Positions 9,288-18,943 are shown, counted from the stretch's first letter. The stretch is DNA of 64,000 nucleotides from Minisyncoccota bacterium (GCA_028697015.1 JAQVFW010000002.1:5287-69286); one strand, 5' to 3'. The notes: generated from the sequence alone by a model not told the origin. A program made the numbers and translations.

Positions 9288-10679
9288 TTATGACGGTATG
9301 AATATAAGGCCACTGCAAGTATCTGTCATTGTACCTTGGTCAATAAAAACCTGAAGACAATTTATTCTTTGAACAATTTGATTTCCATAAAAAGCATAGC
9401 TTGATTTATTCCAATTTCCTCCTGCAAAATACTTTAACGCGGCGGTTCTCTCATTGTTTGACGAAGAAGAAAGATTATCCGATAAAAGAAGTCCGGAAGC
9501 AAGAAAAGAATCATTTATTTTCCAAGGATCAGCAATGCGTCCAAGCATATTAGTAAGCCGGCTCTTATAAAGATTCCATGTTGAAGGAATAAATTGAGCA
9601 GGTCCCATGGCTCCCCCATAACCGGGTATTCCAATCACAGGACAAGAAATCGGAGTAGAAAGTGAATTTCTTCCCAATTCTTTTGTAAGAATCAAAAACG
9701 GAGGCAAATCTCTTGTCGGGTGAATTCCATTTGAAAAAATCCTTCCGGAATTTATCCCTACAGATGATCCTGTCGATGCATCTTTGAGATAACATTGTCC
9801 GACATTTCTTCCAAGGGCCGATTCTTGGGTGATTATAGCAAGAAGAAAAGCTGGCCTTACACCGGTTAACTGTTGTACCCAGCGAGCCACTTCTAGCGCT
9901 TCTCCAAAGGTTGGTGTTTCCACATCGGGAATACCAACAAGTTCAAGCATTTTGCTTCTTATTTCTTCCGCTTTTTTTTCTAGTTCTTGTTTTTCTTTTA
10001 AATATTGCTGATACTGGGCCTCTGTCATTTTCAAAAAATCTTCCTGTTTTTTCCTTGCCGCTTCGCTCTCTTTCACCTGAAGAGCCTGCAATTGAACGGT
10101 TTTTTGCAAGGAATCTTTTTCGCCATCCAAAGATATTTTATGCCCTTCTAGATTAAATTTTAAATCTTTAATATCTTTTAATACTCCTTTATTTTTTAAA
10201 TTCAAAACTTCCAGATAAACAATATTATCAAAAAAATCAGAAATCGTTTCTCCTTGAAGAATTATCTCTATATATGATTTTTTATCTTCCTCTTCGGTAA
10301 TTCGCAAAATATCAATCAATTTTTCTTCCATCTCTCCTATCTTAACAGTTGTCTCCATTATGGACTTTTCTGTATCCTGGATTTTTAATCCCAAACTCTG
10401 AATAACCAAATTGCTTTGCCTTATTTGAAGATTAAGCTGATCTATTTTTCTTCTAATATTGCTTATTTGATACTGAAGAGTTTGTTTTTCCGCTTCCGTC
10501 TTTGTTATATCCTTATCGTATTTTAGAATTAATTCTTCAAGTTCTTTTAATTCTTTTTCAAGCTGGGCTCTTTCTTCTTCCTTATCAGCGGCAATTGTAA
10601 ACGGAAGTAAAGAAAAGAAAACAAAAAAAGCTAAAAAGAAAAATATAATCTTATGAATTTTCAGGTTCTTTTTCTTCAT
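9288..10679 (-). CDS. Secreted coiled-coil protein with C-terminal SLT-type lytic transglycosylase-like domain
   Basis: Signal peptide (MKKKNLKIHKIIFFFLAFFVFF), ~250 aa coiled coil, C-terminal AIITQESALGRN...GAMGPAQFIPSTW resembling the SLT ES...GLMQ...T motifs. Start chosen at second Met. Confidence 0.5.
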   Translation of the reverse strand: MKKKNLKIHKIIFFFLAFFVFFSLLPFTIAADKEEERAQLEKELKELEELILKYDKDITKTEAEKQTLQYQISNIRRKIDQLNLQIRQSNLVIQSLGLKIQDTEKSIMETTVKIGEMEEKLIDILRITEEEDKKSYIEIILQGETISDFFDNIVYLEVLNLKNKGVLKDIKDLKFNLEGHKISLDGEKDSLQKTVQLQALQVKESEAARKKQEDFLKMTEAQYQQYLKEKQELEKKAEEIRSKMLELVGIPDVETPTFGEALEVARWVQQLTGVRPAFLLAIITQESALGRNVGQCYLKDASTGSSVGINSGRIFSNGIHPTRDLPPFLILTKELGRNSLSTPISCPVIGIPGYGGAMGPAQFIPSTWNLYKSRLTNMLGRIADPWKINDSFLASGLLLSDNLSSSSNNERTAALKYFAGGNWNKSSYAFYGNQIVQRINCLQVFIDQGTMTDTCSGLIFIPS

Positions 10680-11283
10680 CTTCTTTCTCTTTTTTAATCT
10701 TCTCAACGGATTCTACGTCTTCTTCAACCGGTTTTTCAAGTTCTTCTTCAACTTTTTGAGGCGGCTGAACGTTTGCAACTACTTCATCCGGCTCACGGAG
10801 TATTTTTACTCCTTCTCCTACAAAAAGATCTTTTATCGTTATTTCTTTTTCAAAATCTGTCAGAACGCTGACATCAACTTTAATTTCATGAGGAAGTTTT
10901 TCAGGCAGAGCTTTTACTTCAACTTCCTGTATTCCTTTTACAATTGTTCCTCCGAGATTTTTAACAGCTTCCGATTCTCCAAAAAAGACTATCGGTACCT
11001 GGGCTTCAACTTCTTTGTCCAGTATTGGCTGGTAAAAATCCACGTGAATGGGCTCCCCTGTCAAAGAATCTAAAGCTACTTCATGGATTAAGACCGGATG
11101 TTTTTTATCATCAATCAAAAGAGAAACAAGAGTGCTTTCCCCTGCTTTTTCATAAATATCATTGAATTCTTTCAAGTCAATTTCTATAGAAGATGTTTCA
11201 ATTTTTGGTCCGTATACAACTGCAGGGATACTGACTCCGTCTCTTTTTACTTTCTCTCTCTTTTTTGCATTTAAGGTAATCAT
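10651..11283 (-). CDS. rplY: 50S ribosomal protein L25/general stress protein Ctc (long form with acidic tail)
   Basis: MITLNAKKREKVKRDGVSIPAVVYGPK... L25 N-terminal domain. The 5' 93 nt of this gene are duplicated at 13870..13962. Confidence 0.85.
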   Translation of the reverse strand: MITLNAKKREKVKRDGVSIPAVVYGPKIETSSIEIDLKEFNDIYEKAGESTLVSLLIDDKKHPVLIHEVALDSLTGEPIHVDFYQPILDKEVEAQVPIVFFGESEAVKNLGGTIVKGIQEVEVKALPEKLPHEIKVDVSVLTDFEKEITIKDLFVGEGVKILREPDEVVANVQPPQKVEEELEKPVEEDVESVEKIKKEKEDEEKEPENS

Positions 11284-11318
11284 GATTTTAATTTGTGGTT
11301 CAAGTTAATAATGGTTTT

Positions 11319-11537
11319 TTATTCAACAATACTGATAATTTCAACCGGACACATATCAGCAGCGTCTTTTGCGCAAGATAATTCTTCAATATCAAGCTCT
11401 TCTTCCTTTTTATCATTGACTCTTTTTTTCCCGACCAGCTGGGCTTTTTCATCATCTCCTTTTTGAAAATATCTAGGACAATTTGACCAGCAAGAGCCGC
11501 AACTTATGCACTTTTCTCTATCAAGAATAATTTTCAT
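11319..11537 (-). CDS. 4Fe-4S single-cluster ferredoxin (copy 1)
   Basis: CISCGSCWSNCP ... MCPVE cysteine pattern, 72 aa. Confidence 0.7.
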   Translation of the reverse strand: MKIILDREKCISCGSCWSNCPRYFQKGDDEKAQLVGKKRVNDKKEEELDIEELSCAKDAADMCPVEIISIVE

Positions 11538-11557
11538 GTTGGTTCTTTAATTTTTTA

Positions 11558-11998
11558 TTATTTGATTTCAAAGCTATTGGAATAAATCCAAGAATCTTCG
11601 CTGAATAATTCTTCTTTAGCACAATTATTGCAATATGGAATAGCCAAGCGGTACGTGCCGTTCCCAAAAAGATCAAACATATCTATCTCGGCTTCAAATG
11701 CTTTAATTGATTTTTTAGGAATACAAACCTCTATAATGTCTTCTTTTGAGCAATGAATATATTCTGCTCTTTCCCATACTCCTTCTATCTCCATTTCTAT
11801 AAAATAAGGATTGCAGGAGGAAAAACAAACATTCTTTAAAGAGCTATTTATTATTTTTAAGGCCACAAACTGTCCTTTTTCATAACTGTTTTTGCTTGTT
11901 ATAACCTCTACTTCTCCTCTATATTTTGTAATAAAAGTCACCAAAGCGAAAATAAAGAGTATTGGGACTATAATGGCAATAATTAAAAGCCTCTTCAT
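11558..11998 (-). CDS. Hypothetical signal-anchored Cys-rich extracytoplasmic protein (copy 1)
   Basis: N-terminal TM/signal (LLIIAIIVPILFIFALVTFI), 8 Cys. No known domain. Confidence 0.4.
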   Translation of the reverse strand: MKRLLIIAIIVPILFIFALVTFITKYRGEVEVITSKNSYEKGQFVALKIINSSLKNVCFSSCNPYFIEMEIEGVWERAEYIHCSKEDIIEVCIPKKSIKAFEAEIDMFDLFGNGTYRLAIPYCNNCAKEELFSEDSWIYSNSFEIK

Positions 11999-12012
11999 CG
12001 TTTTCTATTCTA

Positions 12013-12840
12013 CTATATTTTTTTAAAGCTGTGAAGTGTTTTAATCTTTTCAATAACCCTTTTTTCTAGGACTTTTTCAGTTTTTTCAAGTATTTTATAG
12101 GGTTTAATCTCCTTTGAAGAAAGTTCTTTTTTTAAAGATTCTTTCCACACATTTCGAAGTTCCGTATTAATATTCGTTTTAACTATCCCTCTTTTTATAC
12201 AGTTTTTAATATCTTCATTCTTTAATCCCGAAGCGCCGTGCAAAACAAGAAAAATCTCAGTTTTTTTTCTTATTTCAGAAAGAAGATTAAGGTCAAGAGA
12301 TGGCATTTTGACATATACCCCGTGAACGTTACCAATAGAGATTGCTAAAAGATCAACATTTGTTTCTTTGACAAATCTTTCAACCTTAGAAAGAGAAGTA
12401 AAATCTTTTTTAGAAACAGAAGATTTATCCTTTATAACTCCAAGTTCTCCTTCAACAAGAACTCCTCTTTTTTTAGCATAACTTACCACTTCTTTTGTTC
12501 TTTTTATATTTTCATCAAAGGGAAGAAGAGAACCGTCATAATGGACAGAATCATATCCTATATCTACGGCTGTTTTTATAAAATCAAAGTTTTTTCCATG
12601 GTCTAAATTAAGAAAGACAGGAACATTATATTCTAAATTAATAATCTCTTTCATTACAAATGCTTCTTTTAATCCAAAAAACTTCCCTTCCCCTTCTGAG
12701 GTTCCTAATATTACAGGGCTTTCCATTTTTTTTGCCGCCCTGATTGTTGATTTCATTTGCTCAATAGTTGAAAAATTAAACTGGCCTACGGCAAATTTTT
12801 CTTTTTTCGCTTTTTCAAAATAAGAATGAAGGGATTTCAT
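12013..12840 (-). CDS. Class II fructose/tagatose-bisphosphate aldolase (FbaA/GatY family) (copy 1)
   Basis: FLVLHGASG zinc-aldolase motif. ~275 aa like the GatY/KbaY short class II aldolases. Confidence 0.75.
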   Translation of the reverse strand: MKSLHSYFEKAKKEKFAVGQFNFSTIEQMKSTIRAAKKMESPVILGTSEGEGKFFGLKEAFVMKEIINLEYNVPVFLNLDHGKNFDFIKTAVDIGYDSVHYDGSLLPFDENIKRTKEVVSYAKKRGVLVEGELGVIKDKSSVSKKDFTSLSKVERFVKETNVDLLAISIGNVHGVYVKMPSLDLNLLSEIRKKTEIFLVLHGASGLKNEDIKNCIKRGIVKTNINTELRNVWKESLKKELSSKEIKPYKILEKTEKVLEKRVIEKIKTLHSFKKI

Positions 12841-12858
12841 AAATAAGTATTTTTAATT

Positions 12859-13824
12859 TTAGAATTTTGACACTTTTACTTTGATTTTTTTAAAACTTTG
12901 GTTTTTTCTAAGAAGTCCGTTTTTTGCTCCCCAAAAACCGATAGTTGAAGAAGCATTAGCTGTTCCTCTTTGAATTGATTTTACTATGTCTTTTGAATAA
13001 ATGTATTCAGAAATAAACCCTGAAGAAAAAGCGTCTCCTGCTCCGGTTCTGTCTAATACCTTTGACTTTAAAGTTTTTGCTTCATAAAGAAAAGAGTTAT
13101 TTAAAACAACTGATCCCAAAGGGCCTTTTGTTATAACAATTATCCCTTTGTAAAACTCACTTATTCTTTTAAGAGCGCTTTTTTCGTCTTTATAAAGAAC
13201 ATTGGCAAGCATTGAAGCTTCTTCTTGATTTAATATTAAAATATCAATTTTCTTGATTATCTTTTTGATATTTTTTAAAGAAAGCTGGGAATTTCCGGGA
13301 TTTGCCGCAATTTTCATTCCTTTTTTTATTCCATAATCAACAAGAGAATTAAATTTCAAAGAGGCCTTTCCTGAAAGAGGGGCGAAATAAAGCCATTTTG
13401 CAAGCGGTAAGAAAATATTTTCTTTTCCCATTATTTCAGAAGCTCCCCTGTAAACCAATATTGTCCTGTCTTTGTCTTTGACGTTTAAAACAATTGACTG
13501 ATTAGTTTTCTTTTCCTTTGTTTTTTTAACCAAAGAAATGTTAACCTTCAGCTGTTTTAATTCTTTTAGAATATCTTCTCCTGCTTCGTCTTCTCCCACT
13601 TTTCCAAAATAAGCGGTTTTTAATCCCATATTTGCAAAAGTAACCGCGCAATTGGTTCCTCCTCCTCCGGTAAAATGATAAATATTTTCTACGTCTATCT
13701 TTGAACCTAAAGAAAGGTAAATCCCCTCTTTTGTTACGAGAGTTTTTTTAGTCGCAGATTTCAAATTCTTGCTTTTTAAAAAAGTGTCTCTTGAAGCAGA
13801 ACCGAATGTGATAATATCAAACAT
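12859..13824 (-). CDS. PfkB-family carbohydrate kinase (candidate phosphofructokinase/tagatose-6-P kinase) (copy 1)
   Basis: GGGGTNCA N-terminal GG motif and DRTGAGDAF PfkB signature 2. Adjacent to class II aldolase. Confidence 0.75.
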   Translation of the reverse strand: MFDIITFGSASRDTFLKSKNLKSATKKTLVTKEGIYLSLGSKIDVENIYHFTGGGGTNCAVTFANMGLKTAYFGKVGEDEAGEDILKELKQLKVNISLVKKTKEKKTNQSIVLNVKDKDRTILVYRGASEIMGKENIFLPLAKWLYFAPLSGKASLKFNSLVDYGIKKGMKIAANPGNSQLSLKNIKKIIKKIDILILNQEEASMLANVLYKDEKSALKRISEFYKGIIVITKGPLGSVVLNNSFLYEAKTLKSKVLDRTGAGDAFSSGFISEYIYSKDIVKSIQRGTANASSTIGFWGAKNGLLRKNQSFKKIKVKVSKF

Positions 13825-13830
13825 ATAATG

Positions 13831-13962
13831 CTATTTCTTTAATTTATCTTCTTTTTTGGCTACAAGAAGAGATGTTTCAATTTTTGGTCCGTATACAACT
13901 GCAGGGATACTGACTCCGTCTCTTTTTACTTTCTCTCTCTTTTTTGCATTTAAGGTAATCAT
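13831..13962 (-). pseudogene. Chimeric junction mini-ORF: rplY 5' fragment (31 codons) fused to last 12 codons of ppsA, created by the tandem duplication
   Basis: Translates MITLNAKKREKVKRDGVSIPAVVYGPKIETS + LLVAKKEDKLKK*. First part identical to the rplY N-terminus, second part identical to the ppsA C-terminus. Confidence 0.6.
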
Positions 13963-13997
13963 GATTTTAATTTGTGGTTCAAGTTAATAATGGTTTT

Positions 13998-14216
13998 TTA
14001 TTCAACAATACTGATAATTTCAACCGGACACATATCAGCAGCGTCTTTTGCGCAAGATAATTCTTCAATATCAAGCTCTTCTTCCTTTTTATCATTGACT
14101 CTTTTTTTCCCGACCAGCTGGGCTTTTTCATCATCTCCTTTTTGAAAATATCTAGGACAATTTGACCAGCAAGAGCCGCAACTTATGCACTTTTCTCTAT
14201 CAAGAATAATTTTCAT
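13998..14216 (-). CDS. 4Fe-4S ferredoxin (copy 2, identical)
   Basis: Identical translation to 11319..11537. Confidence 0.7.
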   Translation of the reverse strand: MKIILDREKCISCGSCWSNCPRYFQKGDDEKAQLVGKKRVNDKKEEELDIEELSCAKDAADMCPVEIISIVE

Positions 14217-14236
14217 GTTGGTTCTTTAATTTTTTA

Positions 14237-14677
14237 TTATTTGATTTCAAAGCTATTGGAATAAATCCAAGAATCTTCGCTGAATAATTCTTCTTTAGCA
14301 CAATTATTGCAATATGGAATAGCCAAGCGGTACGTGCCGTTCCCAAAAAGATCAAACATATCTATCTCGGCTTCAAATGCTTTAATTGATTTTTTAGGAA
14401 TACAAACCTCTATAATGTCTTCTTTTGAGCAATGAATATATTCTGCTCTTTCCCATACTCCTTCTATCTCCATTTCTATAAAATAAGGATTGCAGGAGGA
14501 AAAACAAACATTCTTTAAAGAGCTATTTATTATTTTTAAGGCCACAAACTGTCCTTTTTCATAACTGTTTTTGCTTGTTATAACCTCTACTTCTCCTCTA
14601 TATTTTGTAATAAAAGTCACCAAAGCGAAAATAAAGAGTATTGGGACTATAATGGCAATAATTAAAAGCCTCTTCAT
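14237..14677 (-). CDS. Hypothetical Cys-rich extracytoplasmic protein (copy 2, identical)
   Basis: Identical to 11558..11998. Confidence 0.4.
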   Translation of the reverse strand: MKRLLIIAIIVPILFIFALVTFITKYRGEVEVITSKNSYEKGQFVALKIINSSLKNVCFSSCNPYFIEMEIEGVWERAEYIHCSKEDIIEVCIPKKSIKAFEAEIDMFDLFGNGTYRLAIPYCNNCAKEELFSEDSWIYSNSFEIK

Positions 14678-14691
14678 CGTTTTCTATTCTA

Positions 14692-15519
14692 CTATATTTT
14701 TTTAAAGCTGTGAAGTGTTTTAATCTTTTCAATAACCCTTTTTTCTAGGACTTTTTCAGTTTTTTCAAGTATTTTATAGGGTTTAATCTCCTTTGAAGAA
14801 AGTTCTTTTTTTAAAGATTCTTTCCACACATTTCGAAGTTCCGTATTAATATTCGTTTTAACTATCCCTCTTTTTATACAGTTTTTAATATCTTCATTCT
14901 TTAATCCCGAAGCGCCGTGCAAAACAAGAAAAATCTCAGTTTTTTTTCTTATTTCAGAAAGAAGATTAAGGTCAAGAGATGGCATTTTGACATATACCCC
15001 GTGAACGTTACCAATAGAGATTGCTAAAAGATCAACATTTGTTTCTTTGACAAATCTTTCAACCTTAGAAAGAGAAGTAAAATCTTTTTTAGAAACAGAA
15101 GATTTATCCTTTATAACTCCAAGTTCTCCTTCAACAAGAACTCCTCTTTTTTTAGCATAACTTACCACTTCTTTTGTTCTTTTTATATTTTCATCAAAGG
15201 GAAGAAGAGAACCGTCATAATGGACAGAATCATATCCTATATCTACGGCTGTTTTTATAAAATCAAAGTTTTTTCCATGGTCTAAATTAAGAAAGACAGG
15301 AACATTATATTCTAAATTAATAATCTCTTTCATTACAAATGCTTCTTTTAATCCAAAAAACTTCCCTTCCCCTTCTGAGGTTCCTAATATTACAGGGCTT
15401 TCCATTTTTTTTGCCGCCCTGATTGTTGATTTCATTTGCTCAATAGTTGAAAAATTAAACTGGCCTACGGCAAATTTTTCTTTTTTCGCTTTTTCAAAAT
15501 AAGAATGAAGGGATTTCAT
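14692..15519 (-). CDS. Class II fructose/tagatose-bisphosphate aldolase (copy 2, identical)
   Basis: Identical to 12013..12840. Confidence 0.75.
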   Translation of the reverse strand: MKSLHSYFEKAKKEKFAVGQFNFSTIEQMKSTIRAAKKMESPVILGTSEGEGKFFGLKEAFVMKEIINLEYNVPVFLNLDHGKNFDFIKTAVDIGYDSVHYDGSLLPFDENIKRTKEVVSYAKKRGVLVEGELGVIKDKSSVSKKDFTSLSKVERFVKETNVDLLAISIGNVHGVYVKMPSLDLNLLSEIRKKTEIFLVLHGASGLKNEDIKNCIKRGIVKTNINTELRNVWKESLKKELSSKEIKPYKILEKTEKVLEKRVIEKIKTLHSFKKI

Positions 15520-15537
15520 AAATAAGTATTTTTAATT

Positions 15538-16503
15538 TTAGAATTTTGACACTTTTACTTTGATTTTTTTAAAACTTTGGTTTTTTCTAAGAAGTCCGTT
15601 TTTTGCTCCCCAAAAACCGATAGTTGAAGAAGCATTAGCTGTTCCTCTTTGAATTGATTTTACTATGTCTTTTGAATAAATGTATTCAGAAATAAACCCT
15701 GAAGAAAAAGCGTCTCCTGCTCCGGTTCTGTCTAATACCTTTGACTTTAAAGTTTTTGCTTCATAAAGAAAAGAGTTATTTAAAACAACTGATCCCAAAG
15801 GGCCTTTTGTTATAACAATTATCCCTTTGTAAAACTCACTTATTCTTTTAAGAGCGCTTTTTTCGTCTTTATAAAGAACATTGGCAAGCATTGAAGCTTC
15901 TTCTTGATTTAATATTAAAATATCAATTTTCTTGATTATCTTTTTGATATTTTTTAAAGAAAGCTGGGAATTTCCGGGATTTGCCGCAATTTTCATTCCT
16001 TTTTTTATTCCATAATCAACAAGAGAATTAAATTTCAAAGAGGCCTTTCCTGAAAGAGGGGCGAAATAAAGCCATTTTGCAAGCGGTAAGAAAATATTTT
16101 CTTTTCCCATTATTTCAGAAGCTCCCCTGTAAACCAATATTGTCCTGTCTTTGTCTTTGACGTTTAAAACAATTGACTGATTAGTTTTCTTTTCCTTTGT
16201 TTTTTTAACCAAAGAAATGTTAACCTTCAGCTGTTTTAATTCTTTTAGAATATCTTCTCCTGCTTCGTCTTCTCCCACTTTTCCAAAATAAGCGGTTTTT
16301 AATCCCATATTTGCAAAAGTAACCGCGCAATTGGTTCCTCCTCCTCCGGTAAAATGATAAATATTTTCTACGTCTATCTTTGAACCTAAAGAAAGGTAAA
16401 TCCCCTCTTTTGTTACGAGAGTTTTTTTAGTCGCAGATTTTAAATTCTTGCTTTTTAAAAAAGTGTCTCTTGAAGCAGAACCGAATGTGATAATATCAAA
16501 CAT
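15538..16503 (-). CDS. PfkB-family carbohydrate kinase (copy 2, identical protein)
   Basis: Identical to 12859..13824. Single-nt difference 3 nt upstream of the start codon. Confidence 0.75.
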   Translation of the reverse strand: MFDIITFGSASRDTFLKSKNLKSATKKTLVTKEGIYLSLGSKIDVENIYHFTGGGGTNCAVTFANMGLKTAYFGKVGEDEAGEDILKELKQLKVNISLVKKTKEKKTNQSIVLNVKDKDRTILVYRGASEIMGKENIFLPLAKWLYFAPLSGKASLKFNSLVDYGIKKGMKIAANPGNSQLSLKNIKKIIKKIDILILNQEEASMLANVLYKDEKSALKRISEFYKGIIVITKGPLGSVVLNNSFLYEAKTLKSKVLDRTGAGDAFSSGFISEYIYSKDIVKSIQRGTANASSTIGFWGAKNGLLRKNQSFKKIKVKVSKF

Positions 16504-16509
16504 ATTATG

Positions 16510-18933
16510 CTATTTCTTTAATTTATCTTCTTTTTTGGCTACAAGAAGATGGGTTTTAATAATCATATTGGGATTTATTGAAATGCTTTCAATCCCCTCT
16601 TCAACCAGAAAATCTGCAAAATCAGAATAAGTAGAAGGAGCTTCTCCGCATATTCCAATATATTTGTTTCTTTTTTTGCAAATTTTAATAACTTCTCCAA
16701 TTATCTTTTTGACCGCTTTGTTTCTTTCATCTCCGATATAGGATATTCTGCCATTGTCTCTATCTAGTCCCAATGTAAGTTGAGCAAGATCATTGCTGCC
16801 AATACTAAAGCCGTCAAAAATTGACAAAAAATCATCCGCTAAGATAATATTTGATGGAATTTCACACATCATATAAACTTTAAAATTATCTTCATTAAGG
16901 CCCTCTTTCCTTATTATTTCCATAACTTTTTTTCCTTCTTCAACCGTTCTGCAGAAAGGAACCATTACATTTACGTTTTTTAAGCCGAAAACATTTCTTA
17001 CTCTTTTTATGGCTTGGCATTCCATTTTAAAGGCCGGCATGAAATTTTTATCAATATATCGGCAAGCCCCTCTGAATCCAAGCATCGGATTTGATTCTTC
17101 GTTTTCAAAAATTTCACCACCGATAAGATTCTTGTATTCATTGGTTTTAAAGTCCGAAAATCTGACAATAACCTCTTTTGGATAAAAAGCAGCTCCAATT
17201 TTGGCGATTCCTTCTGCCAGTTCTTTTATAAAAAACTCTTTCTTGTCTTTATGTTCTACGGTAATTTCTTTAATCTGCTTTATTATTTTCTGAATTTCTG
17301 AATTTGAAAGAAAAATGTTTTTCCTTATTTCAGATTTAGGATTCTTTATTTGTTTGTAATGATACAAAGCCAAAGGATGGACTCTTACTTTTTCTGCGAT
17401 AATAAATTCTTCTCTTGCAAGACCAACTCCCTGATTTGGCAAAAAAGAAGATCTAAATGCTATTTCAGGAGCTCCAATATTAACCATGATTTTGGTCTTA
17501 ATTTTAGGAAAACTGCCAAGATTCTGCCTTTTTACTTTATAGGAAATTTTACCTTTAAAAATCCTTCCGTTTAATCCTTCTGTACAATCAACTGTGATTT
17601 CTTCTCCGTCTTTAAGAATATCTGTAGCTTTATGAGTTCCAACAATAGCCGGAATTCCAAGTTCTCTTGCGACAATCGCGGCATGGCAACTTTTTCCTCC
17701 TTCATTTGTTACAATAGCACTTGCAATACGCATAATAGGCAGCCAGTCAGGGTCCGTCATTTTAGTCACTAAAACTTCTCCTTTCTCAAAATCTTTCATT
17801 TTGGAAATTTCCCTTACAATCTTAACTTTTCCAATTCCAATTTTTTCCCCTACGGCAATTCCCGTAAGAAATGGCTTCTTTTTAGTGTTCAGTTGATATT
17901 CTTCATAAAAGCTTGCTGTTTTTGAGGCATGAACTGTTTCCGGTCTTGATTGTACTATGAAAAGCTCTCCCGTTTTCCCATCTTTTGCCCATTCAATATC
18001 TTGAGGCATCCATTTGCCGGCTCTTTTTGAATAGTGGTTTTCTATAATCACTGCCCACCTTGCAAGGGTCAATATTTCTTTTTCTGTAAGAGAAAATTTT
18101 AATTGGTCTTTAATGCTGACTTTTTTCTCTTTCAGTCCCCCCTTTGTAGAATATTCATATTTTAAATGTTTTCTTCCAAGGTTTTTTGTTATTATAGAAT
18201 CATGGCCTTTTTCAAGAGTCGGCTTAAAAACATAAAATTCATCGGGAGTCACTTTTCCTTTGACTATCATTTCTCCTATTCCAAAAATAGAATTTATTAA
18301 AACAACATTCTTAAACCCGGTTTCAGTATCAAGGGTAAACATAATTCCTGAAGAAGCGAGATCTGAACGGATCATTTTTAAAACGCCAACGGAAAGGGCA
18401 AACTTCAAATGGGATATTTTCTTCTCTTCCCTATAGGCGATAACTCTGTCGTTAAAAGTTGAAGCAATACATTTTTTAACAACGGAAAGCAAGTTCTTTG
18501 TGCCTCTTACGTTTAAAAATGTTTCAAATTGGCCAGCAAAAGAAGCGTTAGGCATGTCTTCACAGACAGCGGAAGATCTTACAGCGACATCGTCTCCTTT
18601 TAGTTTTTCATACGCATTTATAATATCTTCTTCCAATTCTTTGGAAAAATAGCCTTTTCTAATTCTTTCTCTTGCTTTCTTTCCAAACTCCTGCAAATCT
18701 TCTATTTTTTTCAGGTCGTATTTTTTAATCAGCGCTTTTAATTCTTTATCTATGCCATTTACTTTCATAAAATCCAAATAGGCTTTTGTCGTAATAGCAA
18801 AGCCCTCCGGAATATTTATGCCTTCCTTTAAAAAAGCGCCATACATTTCACCAAGAGAAGCGTTTTTCCCTCCAACTTGCAAAATATTATCGTAACCTAT
18901 TTCATCAAACCATAAAATGTTTTTTTCTTTCAT
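16510..18933 (-). CDS. ppsA: Phosphoenolpyruvate synthase (pyruvate, water dikinase)
   Basis: N-terminal ATP-grasp GGKNASLGEM, phosphohistidine domain TNEGGKSCHAAIVARELGIPAIVG, C-terminal PEP-utilising domain. 807 aa. Confidence 0.85.
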   Translation of the reverse strand: MKEKNILWFDEIGYDNILQVGGKNASLGEMYGAFLKEGINIPEGFAITTKAYLDFMKVNGIDKELKALIKKYDLKKIEDLQEFGKKARERIRKGYFSKELEEDIINAYEKLKGDDVAVRSSAVCEDMPNASFAGQFETFLNVRGTKNLLSVVKKCIASTFNDRVIAYREEKKISHLKFALSVGVLKMIRSDLASSGIMFTLDTETGFKNVVLINSIFGIGEMIVKGKVTPDEFYVFKPTLEKGHDSIITKNLGRKHLKYEYSTKGGLKEKKVSIKDQLKFSLTEKEILTLARWAVIIENHYSKRAGKWMPQDIEWAKDGKTGELFIVQSRPETVHASKTASFYEEYQLNTKKKPFLTGIAVGEKIGIGKVKIVREISKMKDFEKGEVLVTKMTDPDWLPIMRIASAIVTNEGGKSCHAAIVARELGIPAIVGTHKATDILKDGEEITVDCTEGLNGRIFKGKISYKVKRQNLGSFPKIKTKIMVNIGAPEIAFRSSFLPNQGVGLAREEFIIAEKVRVHPLALYHYKQIKNPKSEIRKNIFLSNSEIQKIIKQIKEITVEHKDKKEFFIKELAEGIAKIGAAFYPKEVIVRFSDFKTNEYKNLIGGEIFENEESNPMLGFRGACRYIDKNFMPAFKMECQAIKRVRNVFGLKNVNVMVPFCRTVEEGKKVMEIIRKEGLNEDNFKVYMMCEIPSNIILADDFLSIFDGFSIGSNDLAQLTLGLDRDNGRISYIGDERNKAVKKIIGEVIKICKKRNKYIGICGEAPSTYSDFADFLVEEGIESISINPNMIIKTHLLVAKKEDKLKK

Positions 18934-18943
18934 ACAATATTCC

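Larger units (their letters stand above)
11191..16548. repeat. Tandem direct duplication, 2 x 2679 bp (copy 1 11191..13869; copy 2 13870..16548), near-identical (one mismatch seen: 13827 vs 16506)
   Basis: All four ORFs translate identically with a constant 2679-nt offset. The unit runs from the last 39 nt of ppsA to the first 93 nt of rplY. Confidence 0.9.

Noticed and set aside
11191-16548. Possible CRISPR array or IS element suggested by long exact repeats
   Set aside because: Only two copies, 2.7 kb each, containing complete housekeeping-type genes. There is no short repeat-spacer periodicity and no transposase or terminal inverted repeats. It is a segmental tandem duplication.
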